NCBI GenBank assembly: GCA_964371445.1
Contig: CAYJLK010000002.1
Location: 43,718-107,717 of the forward strand
Reading direction: 5' to 3'
DNA: 64,000 nucleotides
Source of the DNA: an uncultured Candidatus Saccharibacteria bacterium
GTDB taxonomy: Bacteria; Patescibacteriota; Minisyncoccia; Phycocordibacterales; Phycocordibacteraceae
The notes under the pieces were generated by a model. That model worked only from the letters and a program-made list of their open reading frames with translations. It had not been told where the DNA came from and searched no databases. The translations under genes were made by a program, and so were the position numbers. This document shows positions 48,867-58,525 of this stretch, piece after piece. Position 1 is the stretch's first letter. Each line of letters opens with the position of its first letter.

Positions 48867-49250
48867 TTAGAGGCCTCCCGACTGGGTGAGGAGTGTGGTG
48901 AACGAAACGGCGCGTGTCGACCCGTTCACGCCCTGCCACGAGACGCCGGTCATTACCTGTTTTGTCTTCGTATTCCAGACGGTGACGCTGGTGCTTGCCT
49001 GCCCCTGCGGCAGGGAAGCAAGCCCAGGGTCGAAGAACGGACCGTCTGCGGGAAGGGCGTCGTATCCTCCGGCGCGGAGCTCGTCGAGCTTGCTGTCCGC
49101 TATGCGGAACGCGATATTTTCATACGCGGCGTCGCGCACGCCGCCGACCGCGCCGACGACAAACATCGTAAAAGCGACGGTGAGGCTCATGATAAAGAGT
49201 GCGACGAGCATCTCGATCAGGGTGAATCCTGTTTTTTTGCGTACAGCCAC
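48867..49250 (-). CDS. type IV pilin (candidate major pilin), GTG start
   Basis: Within the longer ORF-track call. (V/M)AVRKKTGFTLIEMLVALFIMSLTVAFTMFVV is a textbook prepilin N-terminus. The start was trimmed to the GTG at 49250 so the gene no longer runs antisense across the tpiA promoter and start. 127 aa. Confidence 0.65.
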   Translation of the reverse strand: MAVRKKTGFTLIEMLVALFIMSLTVAFTMFVVGAVGGVRDAAYENIAFRIADSKLDELRAGGYDALPADGPFFDPGLASLPQGQASTSVTVWNTKTKQVMTGVSWQGVNGSTRAVSFTTLLTQSGGL

Positions 49251-49301
49251 TACAAAAGTATAGCAAGCTCGTCGACAAGTGAATTTGTTATACTTCCTCG
49301 T

Positions 49302-50045
49302 ATGCTTATCGTTGCAAACTGGAAAGCGTATGTCGAAGACGTTAAAAAAGCGAAGAAGCTCTTTTCGACGAGCAAGAGGCTCGCGCGCGTGACCGGCGCT
49401 ACTATCGTGCTCGCACCTCCCGCACCCTTGCTCGGCGCTCTTGCCGTCAACAATAAATCGGCGGTCGCCTTTTCCGCACAAGACATTTCTGCCACTACCG
49501 GAGGCGCCCTGACCGGAGAAGCGACCGCGGGAGCCTACGCCGCGGCAGGCGCGACCTATGTAATCGTCGGGCATTCCGAGCGCCGCGCGATGGGCGATAC
49601 CGACAGCGTCATCGTCGAGAAGCTCGCGCGCACCTTCGCGAACGGGCTTCGACCTATCCTCTGCATCGGCGAGCGCGAACGCGACAGCGAAGGCCGCTAC
49701 CTCTCCTTTCTCCGCGAAGAACTGACCGTCGCGCTTCGAGCGCTCACGCCCAAAGAGCGCGCACAAACCATCATTGCCTACGAGCCTCTGTGGGCTATAG
49801 GCAAAACGGCGGCATTCGCCATCCCGCCAAACGATCTAGCTGAAATGGTGCTCTATATCCGCAAAGTGCTTGCGGAATTCCTTCCGGGAAGAGGTTCTGC
49901 CGGTATTCCCATACTCTACGGAGGCTCAGTCGAGCCGGAGAATATCCGTGCACTTGCAGCCCTCTCGAGCGTCGATGGCTTCCTCGTCGGACATGCCTCG
50001 GTCGATCCCGCGCTCTTCGCGGCGCTCGTCCAACAGCTCGCGTAA
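49302..50045 (+). CDS. tpiA: triosephosphate isomerase
   Basis: Trimmed to MLIVANWKAYVED.... Motifs IVGHSERR and AYEPLWAIGTG-like (AYEPLWAIGKT). Confidence 0.88.
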   Translation: MLIVANWKAYVEDVKKAKKLFSTSKRLARVTGATIVLAPPAPLLGALAVNNKSAVAFSAQDISATTGGALTGEATAGAYAAAGATYVIVGHSERRAMGDTDSVIVEKLARTFANGLRPILCIGERERDSEGRYLSFLREELTVALRALTPKERAQTIIAYEPLWAIGKTAAFAIPPNDLAEMVLYIRKVLAEFLPGRGSAGIPILYGGSVEPENIRALAALSSVDGFLVGHASVDPALFAALVQQLA

Positions 50046-50047
50046 CA

Positions 50048-51223
50048 ATGCGCACCGTCCGCGACATACCGTTTCTCGAAAACATCCCCGTGCTGGTACG
50101 CGCCGCGCTGAACGTCCCCATTGAAAACGGGAAGGTCGCGAATGACTATCGCCTGCGCCGCGCAGTGCCGACGATCCAGTACCTGCGCGAGCGCGGTGCA
50201 AAAGTCGTGCTCATAAGCCACATTGAAGGAGTCGGGCTGCCTACCGGCAGATCGGGGACGGAGACGCTCCGACCGGTCGCGCACGCCCTCGACACACTGC
50301 TCCCGGGCGTCTCATTCTTCGACGAGACGATCGGAGCACCTGCGCGGCAGGCGGTGCGCGAGCTTGCGGCAGGGAAGATACTGGTGCTCGAAAATCTGCG
50401 GCGGCACAAAGGGGAGCGGATGAACGACCGCGCGTTTGCACAGGAGCTCGCGGCGCTTGCCGACGTCTTCGTCGAAGACTCGTTCGACACCTGCCACCGC
50501 GCACACGCCTCGATTGTCGGCGTCCCCGAACTCCTGCCGAGCTATGCCGGACTCCTTCTCGAAGAGGAGGTCCGCGAGCTTTCAAAAGCGCTCGCGCCCG
50601 CACACCCGTCGCTCGCAGTTATCGGCGGAATGAAATTTAATACCAAGGAAGAAGTGCTCGCGACACTTCTTGCAAAATACGACCGCGTCTTCGTCGGTGG
50701 TGCATTAGCGAGCGATTTCCTCCGAGCCTCCGGGCGGGAAGTGGGGAAGTCCTTTGTCTCGAGCGCACACACAGAATCCCTCAAAGGCCTCCTCGCCCAT
50801 CCGAAACTCGTATTGCCCATTGATTCCCTCGTCATACCGGCGAGCGCGGTCGGTACGAAAGACGCGCGAGCGAAGGCGCGCATCGCGCCTCTCGGGGACG
50901 TGCATCCCGACGAGATCATCCTCGACCACGGTCCGCGCACATCCGCCCTTCTCGCCGCTCTCGCGGAGAAAGCAGAGACCGTTCTCTGGAACGGTCCTTT
51001 GGGGAGATATGAGGACGGCTTTAGCGATGCTACTGACGACTTTGCACGCGCCGTCGCGGGCTCAGGCGCGCGCTCAGTCATCGGCGGCGGCGACACCGTT
51101 GCCGCGATAGAGGGTCTCGGTCTCCTCTCACGCTTCTCGTTCGTCTCCACCGGCGGCGGCGCGATGCTCGCCTTCCTCGCACGAGGCACCCTCCCCGGCA
51201 TCGATGCGCTCAAGGCTCACTGA
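50048..51223 (+). CDS. pgk: phosphoglycerate kinase
   Basis: 391 aa, VRAALNVP...KVVLISHIEG..., C-terminal GGGDT and STGGGAMLAFL. Confidence 0.92.
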   Translation: MRTVRDIPFLENIPVLVRAALNVPIENGKVANDYRLRRAVPTIQYLRERGAKVVLISHIEGVGLPTGRSGTETLRPVAHALDTLLPGVSFFDETIGAPARQAVRELAAGKILVLENLRRHKGERMNDRAFAQELAALADVFVEDSFDTCHRAHASIVGVPELLPSYAGLLLEEEVRELSKALAPAHPSLAVIGGMKFNTKEEVLATLLAKYDRVFVGGALASDFLRASGREVGKSFVSSAHTESLKGLLAHPKLVLPIDSLVIPASAVGTKDARAKARIAPLGDVHPDEIILDHGPRTSALLAALAEKAETVLWNGPLGRYEDGFSDATDDFARAVAGSGARSVIGGGDTVAAIEGLGLLSRFSFVSTGGGAMLAFLARGTLPGIDALKAH

Positions 51224-51579
51224 AGCGCCTGACGAATCTTCGCGGCGTTCGTTTCAAAATCGTTCTTATCGCCCTTCGCTCCATCCTCGGGGTAGACCCA
51301 GATGTGCGCGTGAGGCACCTCGTCGCCGATTATTTTTGAAAGTATCCACTCGGTGCCGAATGCTTTCTGTTGCGCCCGCGCAACTTTTCGTACCACTTCA
51401 AAATATTCGCCCACATTCGGCACGTCCCAGACCCAGCGATAGTGCGTCTTGGGAATGACTTGTGCGTGTCCCGGAGATTGCGGGTGAATATCCAGAAACG
51501 CGAGAAAAGCATCGTCTTCATAGACCGTATGCGCCGGTATCTCGCCGCTGACAATTTTGCAAAAAATACAGTTTTCCAT
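51217..51579 (-). CDS. HIT-family (histidine triad) hydrolase
   Basis: Trimmed to MENCIFCKIVSGEIP...; HAHIWV triad. Confidence 0.8.
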   Translation of the reverse strand: MENCIFCKIVSGEIPAHTVYEDDAFLAFLDIHPQSPGHAQVIPKTHYRWVWDVPNVGEYFEVVRKVARAQQKAFGTEWILSKIIGDEVPHAHIWVYPEDGAKGDKNDFETNAAKIRQALQ

Positions 51580-51598
51580 CGCTTGAGTATACAATAGT

Positions 51599-53332
51599 GT
51601 GCACATGTTCCCGCTCCACGACTCGCTTGACGACACCCTGCGCGAAGAACTCGCGCTGCACGACGACTTGACCGCTGCCTTGCTCTCGCGCCGCGGCGTG
51701 ACGACGAAAGAAGGCGCGGAACGATTTTTGAATCCGTCATACGACCTACACGTGCACGATCCGTTCCTGATGACGGATATGCAAAAAGCGGCGGAGCGAT
51801 TTGCACGCGCGATTATTTCGGGAGAAAAAATCGCGGTGTGGAGCGACTACGATTGCGACGGCATCCCGGGCGCAGTGCTCCTGCATGATTTCTTGAAAAA
51901 AGCCGGCGCGAATTTTGAGAATTACATACCTCATAGACACAACGAGGGGTACGGAATGAATATCTCTGGTATCGAAAAATTATCAAAGAGCGGTGTGCAG
52001 CTAATCGTCACGGTTGACTCCGGCATCACCGACACTGAACCGGTCGCGCGCGCGCGGGAGCTCGGCATAGAAGTCATCGTCACCGACCATCACCTTCCGG
52101 GTGAAAAATTGCCCGACGCATTCGCCATTCTGAATCCGAATGCGCGCGCCGACGAAACGTATCCGTATAAAAGTCTCTGTGGCTCCGGTGTCGCGTGGAA
52201 GCTCGTCTGTGCAACACTCGCCGTCGCCCCCAAGCTTCGCGCGAACGTGCCGGAGGGCTGGGAGAAGTGGCTCCTTGATATGGTCGGGCTCGCGACCATC
52301 GCCGACATGGTCCCGCTTACGGGTGAGAACCGCGTGCTCGCCACCTACGGCCTCCGCGTGCTCCGCAAATCGCCGCGTACTGGTTTGCAGAAAATGCTCC
52401 GCGGGATGCGCGTCGAACAACGCGCCGTTACCGAAGACGATGTCGGATTTATGATTGCACCGCGGGTCAACGCGGCGAGCCGCCTCGGCGAAGCACGCGA
52501 CGCATTCCAGCTCTTCACGACAACCGACGAGAGCGAAGCGGACCTGCTCGCGAAGAAACTCGAGAAGTTGAATCGGGAGCGCAAGGCACAGGCGGGCGCC
52601 ATCACGCGCGCGGTGCACACGCGGCTGAAAGAGCGCGGTGAGCCTCGAACCATCATCGCACTCGGCGATCCCGAGTGGCGTCCCGCACTTCTCGGACTCG
52701 TCGCGAATACCATTGCCGACGAATATGAACGGCCGGTATTCCTCTGGGGACGCGAGGGGAACATGAGTCTGAAGGGCTCATTTCGAAGCGGCGGCGGGGC
52801 CAGAATGATGGAGCTCCTAAACGCGACCGAGAACACCTTTGCACAATTCGGCGGACATGCGGCCGCAGGAGGTTTCACTCTCATCGATACGGAAGTGTTT
52901 TTCTTGGAAGATCGACTCGTCGAAGCGTATGCGCGCCTCACCGCCGACGCCGAACAGATTGATCCGCTCGTCGCTCGCGCTGACGCAGTGATCACTCCAG
53001 AAGAAGCGACGCACTCCTTCTTGCAGAAGATTGAACGCCTCGCTCCCTTCGGACAGGGTAACCAAAAACCGGTGTTCTTATTGCGCGATGTGTCTCTGCG
53101 AGAGATTTCACGCTTCGGAAAAGCAGAGGAACACCTCAAATTAAAAATCGCCGTCGATGAGAGTGACAGCAGTATCGACGCAGTCACATTCTTCGTCAAA
53201 GGTGCCATCGCGCGCACGGCGGAGAGACTGTTGCACGATAGCCGCGTGAATCTCCTCGCACACCTCGAGCGCGACACCTTCAGCCGCGGCACTCCCGTCC
53301 GCCTGCGACTTTTAGATATCAGAGTTGTATAG
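51599..53332 (+). CDS. recJ: single-stranded-DNA-specific exonuclease RecJ
   Basis: DHH (SDYDCDGI, VDSGITD, TDHH) and DHHA1 domains. Confidence 0.88.
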   Translation: MHMFPLHDSLDDTLREELALHDDLTAALLSRRGVTTKEGAERFLNPSYDLHVHDPFLMTDMQKAAERFARAIISGEKIAVWSDYDCDGIPGAVLLHDFLKKAGANFENYIPHRHNEGYGMNISGIEKLSKSGVQLIVTVDSGITDTEPVARARELGIEVIVTDHHLPGEKLPDAFAILNPNARADETYPYKSLCGSGVAWKLVCATLAVAPKLRANVPEGWEKWLLDMVGLATIADMVPLTGENRVLATYGLRVLRKSPRTGLQKMLRGMRVEQRAVTEDDVGFMIAPRVNAASRLGEARDAFQLFTTTDESEADLLAKKLEKLNRERKAQAGAITRAVHTRLKERGEPRTIIALGDPEWRPALLGLVANTIADEYERPVFLWGREGNMSLKGSFRSGGGARMMELLNATENTFAQFGGHAAAGGFTLIDTEVFFLEDRLVEAYARLTADAEQIDPLVARADAVITPEEATHSFLQKIERLAPFGQGNQKPVFLLRDVSLREISRFGKAEEHLKLKIAVDESDSSIDAVTFFVKGAIARTAERLLHDSRVNLLAHLERDTFSRGTPVRLRLLDIRVV

Positions 53333-53339
53333 TACCCAC

Positions 53340-53759
53340 ATGAAATTCACCATCCATGCCGACGGGGGAGCACGGGGGAACCCGGGACCAAGCGGTGCAG
53401 GCGCGGTCGTGCGCGACGAGTTCGGCAGTATCGTCGCGAGCGTTTCAAAATTTCTCGGTCACCGCACAAATAATTTCGCCGAGTACGAGGCGGTCATCCT
53501 CGCCTTTGAGGAACTCCTGAAGCTCGTGCCGAGCGCCGAGCGCGAGCTCACCGATGTGACGGTAAAAATGGACAGCGAGCTGGTAGTGAAGCAGATGAAA
53601 AAAGAATACAAAGTGCGGCATCCGGTCCTCAAAGAACAGCAGGCGCGCCTCGCGCAGGTCGCCGGCGCCTTCGGCACGGTGACCTTCATGCACGTCTTCC
53701 GCGAAGAAAATTCCGACGCCGACGCCCTCGCCAACGAAGCGATGGACCGTGGTGCATAA
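53340..53759 (+). CDS. rnhA: ribonuclease HI
   Basis: MKFTIHADGGARGNPGPSGAG...NNFAEYEA...; ATG at 53340 just after the recJ stop. Confidence 0.85.
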   Translation: MKFTIHADGGARGNPGPSGAGAVVRDEFGSIVASVSKFLGHRTNNFAEYEAVILAFEELLKLVPSAERELTDVTVKMDSELVVKQMKKEYKVRHPVLKEQQARLAQVAGAFGTVTFMHVFREENSDADALANEAMDRGA

Positions 53760-54231
53760 TCTTAAGAACATGATTTCTACTTCAACAATGCAAGTTTTGG
53801 TTCCATCACTTTCAGCTCTTGTTGGGGCAGTAATAGGTGCGACTGCGGCTCTTGCGGGTGTACGTTGGCAAATTATTGCCGATCATAAACAAAAACGAGA
53901 TGAACAAATTTTTAACGCTCGTCGTGATGTTTATGCAGAAATAATGAGCATTCTGAATTATTCATTTTTAAAAGGGAAAGATTTAAATGCTGCACTTTCG
54001 GATCCGCATTTTAAAACGCAGGTGTCGATACATATGGGGGACTGTTTCAGCCGGGCGAGACCAATTGCAGGTTTAAGGCTCAGTGAAAAACTCCGTGAAC
54101 TTTATGGGGCGGAGATGCTTTTGTGGAAGCCTGAAAATACCGGTGAAAACACCGAGTTGGATAAAAAACGTGCTGCGCTGGCGAACGAAGTTGAGATCCT
54201 TATTCGTGAAGACCTTGGTATAACGGATTAA
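53749..54231 (+). CDS. hypothetical N-terminally anchored protein in an AT-rich segment
   Basis: 160 aa with a TM (VLVPSLSALVGAVIGATAALAGV). No family. Local GC is markedly lower than the genome. Confidence 0.5.
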   Translation: MVHNLKNMISTSTMQVLVPSLSALVGAVIGATAALAGVRWQIIADHKQKRDEQIFNARRDVYAEIMSILNYSFLKGKDLNAALSDPHFKTQVSIHMGDCFSRARPIAGLRLSEKLRELYGAEMLLWKPENTGENTELDKKRAALANEVEILIREDLGITD

Positions 54232-54256
54232 AATCGTATAGATATTTTCTGCCACG

Positions 54257-55777
54257 ATGAGTGTCTTGATTTCAGTCACTGGAGGGTTTGTGAGCGGGGT
54301 AGGACTCCGCTCGCTTTTTTATTTCGGGTGGGAGCCGGCGGCGTTTGTGATGATACTCGCGGCACTTCTTGGTGCCGCGGCATTTTATAAGCCGCGAGTC
54401 GTGTACACGATGGGTACAGTGTTTTGTTTATTCGTCGCGTTCGGGATGGTGCGCTCAACAGTCGCCGATACGCCGCCGCCCGAGGCGTTTGTGCGCGACC
54501 TGAAGCATCGCGTGTCGTATGAAGCAGTGGTGGTGGGGGACCCGGATGTGCGCGAGAAGAATCAAAGGATTGCGATTCAAGTGGGGGATGTGGGCATGCT
54601 TGCCGTGATGCCGCTCTCGGCTCGCGTAGCGGTCGGCGACCGCGTGCGCGTCTATGGCACGCTTTCCTTGCCGCAAGCGTTTGAGACCGAAAATGGTCGG
54701 ACATTTCGTTATGACAAATATCTCGAGGCGCGCGGTATCCGCTTTCTTATCCAATACGGGACGATATATACACAGGAGCCAGCACTGTGGTATTCGGTTC
54801 CGGCCGCCTTAGCACGCATCAAGCACTCATTTCTCGACGGGCTCAACCGCGCATTGCCGACACCGGACAGCGCGCTCGCGGGCGGCATCGTGATAGGAGG
54901 GAAGCAGGGGCTCGGCACCGAACTCCAAGAGGCATTCACGCGCTCGGGGCTCGTCCAGATCATCGTGCTCTCGGGCTACAACGTGATGATAGTCGCCGAA
55001 TGGGTGATGGCATTCTTCGCGCTCCTTGCGCTCCCGCGCCGTCTCCAATTCTTTGCTGGCGGGGCGGCACTCCTCCTCTTTGTTGGCATCGCCGGCATCT
55101 CCGCCACGGCGGTGCGTGCCGCCATCATGGCGGTCATCGCGCTCTACGCGCGAGCGACCGGGCGCTCCTATGCCGCGAGCCGTGCGCTCCTATTCGCCGT
55201 CCTCCTCATGCTCATATGGAATCCGCTCTATCTCGTCTTTGACCCCGGCTTCGGTCTCTCGGTCGCCGCGACCGCAGGCATCATCTGGCTCGCCCCGATT
55301 ATTGAACGCATGATGGACTTCGTAGGTCCATCATCAGATGAGGGACCTACGAAGTCCCGACATGGGTTCTGGACAAACACAATTGCGACCACGCTCGCCG
55401 CGCAAATCTCGGTACTTCCATTATTGCTCTACAACATCGGACTCTTCTCGCTCGTCGCACTGCCGGCGAATATCCTGGTGAACCCGCTCGTGCCGCTCGC
55501 GATGGCTCTCGCCGCTATTGCGGGAGTCGTCGGCATGACTATCGGACCTTTCATTCCATTTATCACCGCCGTCATCGGCGCCCCCGCCCACCTCCTCATG
55601 CGCTACTTCATCTTTATCGCAGAAAAAAGTTCCGCACTGCCGTATGCGGCATTCAATCTGCCCCTCTTCTCATTTTGGCTCGTCCTCGCCGCGTATGCGG
55701 CGCTCATTTATATAGTCGCGTCGAAGCGCTTCTCGACGACCGACCAGTTCACATTCGCGAAAAAGGCGTCGACATAA
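54257..55777 (+). CDS. comEC: DNA internalisation competence protein ComEC/Rec2 (no C-terminal metallo-beta-lactamase domain)
   Basis: DUF4131-like N-region plus a polytopic competence domain (QIIVLSGYNVMIVAEWV). 506 aa; ends after the TM bundle. Confidence 0.8.
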   Translation: MSVLISVTGGFVSGVGLRSLFYFGWEPAAFVMILAALLGAAAFYKPRVVYTMGTVFCLFVAFGMVRSTVADTPPPEAFVRDLKHRVSYEAVVVGDPDVREKNQRIAIQVGDVGMLAVMPLSARVAVGDRVRVYGTLSLPQAFETENGRTFRYDKYLEARGIRFLIQYGTIYTQEPALWYSVPAALARIKHSFLDGLNRALPTPDSALAGGIVIGGKQGLGTELQEAFTRSGLVQIIVLSGYNVMIVAEWVMAFFALLALPRRLQFFAGGAALLLFVGIAGISATAVRAAIMAVIALYARATGRSYAASRALLFAVLLMLIWNPLYLVFDPGFGLSVAATAGIIWLAPIIERMMDFVGPSSDEGPTKSRHGFWTNTIATTLAAQISVLPLLLYNIGLFSLVALPANILVNPLVPLAMALAAIAGVVGMTIGPFIPFITAVIGAPAHLLMRYFIFIAEKSSALPYAAFNLPLFSFWLVLAAYAALIYIVASKRFSTTDQFTFAKKAST

Positions 55778-56298
55778 TTCTTCTTCTCTGCCGGCACATA
55801 GTCCACCATATACGCGTGCTCCCAGAGGTCGAGCGCGAGCAGGATAGGGAGGCCGGCGAGTGATCCGAGTTCATGGTCGTTCACAAAGACCGTGTGTAAT
55901 GTCTTCCCGATAGGGTCGGCATAGACGACGACCCAGCCGATGCCGCGGCTCTGTGCGACTTCTCGCATGTGCGCCTCGAGTGTTTTCTCTCCGTACTTCT
56001 CGGTTATTGCCTTCGCGAGCGCCCCATCGCCCGTGAGGGAAGTCTGACTTCCTTCAAACTGTTCAAAGTAATATTCGTGGAGGCGCATCCCGTTGAATTC
56101 AAAGGCGAGCCGTCTACGCATCTCGGCTATCGCATATTTCCCACCCTCATCTTCTGTCTGTCCATACGCGGCGATGGTCGCCATGATGAGATTCACATGC
56201 TTCACGTACCCCTCATAGAGGGCGAGGTGCACTTTCACCTGCTTTTCTGAAATCCCCGAGAGAATAGGGAGGTCGAACTGTTTTGCGGTGTAGGTCAT
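55708..56298 (-). CDS. sodA: Fe/Mn superoxide dismutase
   Basis: Trimmed to MTYTAKQFDLP.... Motifs HLALYEGYV, FNGMRLHEYYF, DLWEHAY. Confidence 0.88.
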   Translation of the reverse strand: MTYTAKQFDLPILSGISEKQVKVHLALYEGYVKHVNLIMATIAAYGQTEDEGGKYAIAEMRRRLAFEFNGMRLHEYYFEQFEGSQTSLTGDGALAKAITEKYGEKTLEAHMREVAQSRGIGWVVVYADPIGKTLHTVFVNDHELGSLAGLPILLALDLWEHAYMVDYVPAEKKNYVDAFFANVNWSVVEKRFDATI

Positions 56299-56419
56299 AG
56301 ACCTAAAATGTACCATTCATTTACAAGAACTCCATGTAGACAGCGGATAGAAACTCGTGAAGTCTTTGAACACAAAGACGGGCCCTTCATGAGGGGTCCG
56401 TCTTCAGGAGCGCGCCGTT

Positions 56420-56683
56420 TCATTCCGCTACACTCCCAATTTCCGGGAAAGTGCCGGTAAGGAAGGCGGGGGTGCCGACCATTTCTGCTCTGATGAAAAG
56501 TACCAGGCCGTTTTCTTCATGCCTGCTCACGCCGCCAGCTTTGACGAGTTGTTCGGCGGCCTCCTCAATTTCCGCTTCCGATACCCCTTGGAGATACGTC
56601 TGGAGATCGCGCGGCCGTACGCCTTTCCCGATAGGAAGACACAACCGAACTTTTGCCTGCAGTTCCATTGAGCTTATGTTCAT
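56420..56683 (-). CDS. hypothetical small protein
   Basis: 87 aa; no recognisable family. Confidence 0.45.
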   Translation of the reverse strand: MNISSMELQAKVRLCLPIGKGVRPRDLQTYLQGVSEAEIEEAAEQLVKAGGVSRHEENGLVLFIRAEMVGTPAFLTGTFPEIGSVAE

Positions 56684-56763
56684 GACAGCTCCTTTGTCCG
56701 TGGGAACATTCCCATATATAAAATACCTCGGTACCGGGATGAGTCCACCGCCCGAGGTGGATA

Positions 56764-57006
56764 TTAAATCGCTTTTGCCTTCTTGAGGGCGGCGAAGGCG
56801 CCGTTCTTCTTGATGGTCTTAAGGCCTTTCATGGAGACGTCCACAATAATAGTCTTATTCAGCTCCGCCACATAGATGCGGCGCTTCTGGAGGTTCGCCT
56901 TGCGACGGACCTTGCCGGTCGGATTAAATTGCGTCGCACGGGTACGGTTCGAGTACCGCCCGCCGATCTGGGTGGTCTTGCCGGTGATGTCACATTTTCT
57001 TGCCAT
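56764..57006 (-). CDS. rpmB: 50S ribosomal protein L28
   Basis: MARKCDITGKTTQIGGRYSNRTRATQFNP... Confidence 0.88.
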   Translation of the reverse strand: MARKCDITGKTTQIGGRYSNRTRATQFNPTGKVRRKANLQKRRIYVAELNKTIIVDVSMKGLKTIKKNGAFAALKKAKAI

Positions 57007-57118
57007 AAAATATATTTAGTAGATACCTTGCCATAGGAGGCCTGCCCCGTAGCCAGCCGAGCGAAGCGAGGCTGTGGTACTGGGGCGCATGGTAGCATAG
57101 GTTCGTAAACGAGCAAAC

Positions 57119-57751
57119 ATGGTCACCCTCCTCACGTTCACTATCCTTATCCTTTCCATCATCGTCCACGAGGTGGCGCACGGCTACGCCGCCAACTCGC
57201 TCGGCGATCCGACCGCCCGCCTCGCCGGCCGTCTCACCCTGAATCCCATCCCGCACATCGACCTCATGGGCTCGATCGTCCTCCCCGCCCTGCTGGTCTT
57301 CACAGGGTCCCCGATCATGTTCGGATGGGCGAAGCCGGTACCCTATAATCCTTACAATCTAAAGAATCAGCGCTGGGGCGAATCGCTCGTCGCGGTCGCC
57401 GGAAGCGCGACGAATATCCTCCTTGCGATTATCTTCGGCCTCATCGTGCGATTCGGCGGCTCGCTCGGATTTGATGCGACGGCGCTTTCTCTGGCGGCGA
57501 CTATCGCCTTCATCAACCTCTTCCTCGGCCTCTTCAATCTCATCCCGTTCCCCCCGCTCGACGGCTTTACCGTACTTCGTTCGGTGCTCCCGTGGCACCT
57601 CTCCTCCGGCTTCGCCCGCCTCGAACAGCACGTCCGCGCCGCGGGAGTCATTTCGCTCCTACTCTTCCTCTTCATCTTCTCCTACCTGCTCGCGACTCCT
57701 TTTTTCAACCTCGTCCTCTGGCTTTTCGGGCTCCTCGCGGGGAAAGGGTAG
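57119..57751 (+). CDS. site-2 protease family (M50-like) membrane metalloprotease
   Basis: HEVAHGYAANSLGDPTARLAGRLTLNPIPHIDLMGSIVLP, the COG1994 signature. 210 aa, polytopic. Confidence 0.75.
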   Translation: MVTLLTFTILILSIIVHEVAHGYAANSLGDPTARLAGRLTLNPIPHIDLMGSIVLPALLVFTGSPIMFGWAKPVPYNPYNLKNQRWGESLVAVAGSATNILLAIIFGLIVRFGGSLGFDATALSLAATIAFINLFLGLFNLIPFPPLDGFTVLRSVLPWHLSSGFARLEQHVRAAGVISLLLFLFIFSYLLATPFFNLVLWLFGLLAGKG

Positions 57752-58089
57752 AAGTCTCTGGTACTCAAAAGGGAAGAGGCGACGAATCGCCTCTTGGCTC
57801 AGAGAACGTTTGCCCAACGGGGGCCGTATACGCAAGGAAACAAATGCTCGTACTGTGAGTCACTGATCCGGTGGTTGTTCTCGGAGAAAATAATCGGACA
57901 GAGGCAAATGTGACACGTTTGTTGCTGCCTTTCTTCTTCTTTGTGCGCTTGTGCAATAAGTGCAAGGGTAAAGCCGGCTGACATGTCCATACGCCCTCCT
58001 TTCCGATCTAAAGAGCAGATCGCACACTATAAGCATATACCCACTTCTGACGCGCAACTCCGTTATGCACTACTGCTATACTACGGGGA

Positions 58090-58524
58090 ATGGAATACCA
58101 GGTGCCGCAGTTCATTGAAGTCGAGGACAAGATCATCGGTCCTTTGACCTTGAAACAATTCATCTATATCGCCGGAGCAAGCGGACTCTGCATCGTTTTC
58201 TTCGTCTATTTACCCATCATCGTCGCCCTCCTCCTCGCGGCGCCGGTGGCAGGGCTCGCAGCGGCACTCTCGTTTTATAAGATGAACGGGAAACCGTTCA
58301 TCGAGGTGCTCGAGGCCGGATTCAGTTATTACACGCGGGGGAAACTCTTCCTCTGGAAACATCAGGACCAAAAGGTCCAGGAAGAGAGCGTCGCGGATAC
58401 GGCCGCCGCGGAGATTCCGTCGCCGCGCGCCACGCCGAAGCTCACGCGCGGGAAGCTCTCGGAGCTTGCGTGGTCGCTCGACGTACAGAAGGCGGGCGGC
58501 AATGCCGAGAACAAGAATCCCTGA
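58090..58524 (+). CDS. PrgI-family / VirB3-like small membrane protein of monoderm-type T4SS
   Basis: MEYQVPQFIEVEDKIIGPLTLKQFIYIAG followed by two TM helices. Immediately upstream of the VirB4 N-domain ORF. Confidence 0.6.
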   Translation: MEYQVPQFIEVEDKIIGPLTLKQFIYIAGASGLCIVFFVYLPIIVALLLAAPVAGLAAALSFYKMNGKPFIEVLEAGFSYYTRGKLFLWKHQDQKVQEESVADTAAAEIPSPRATPKLTRGKLSELAWSLDVQKAGGNAENKNP

Positions 58525-58525
58525 T

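Noticed and set aside
56385-56415. Hairpin aagacgggccc-ttcatga-ggggtccgtctt between sodA and the 87-aa gene, as a possible terminator
   Set aside because: The stem is imperfect and there is no adjacent U-run on either strand. Not called as a feature.
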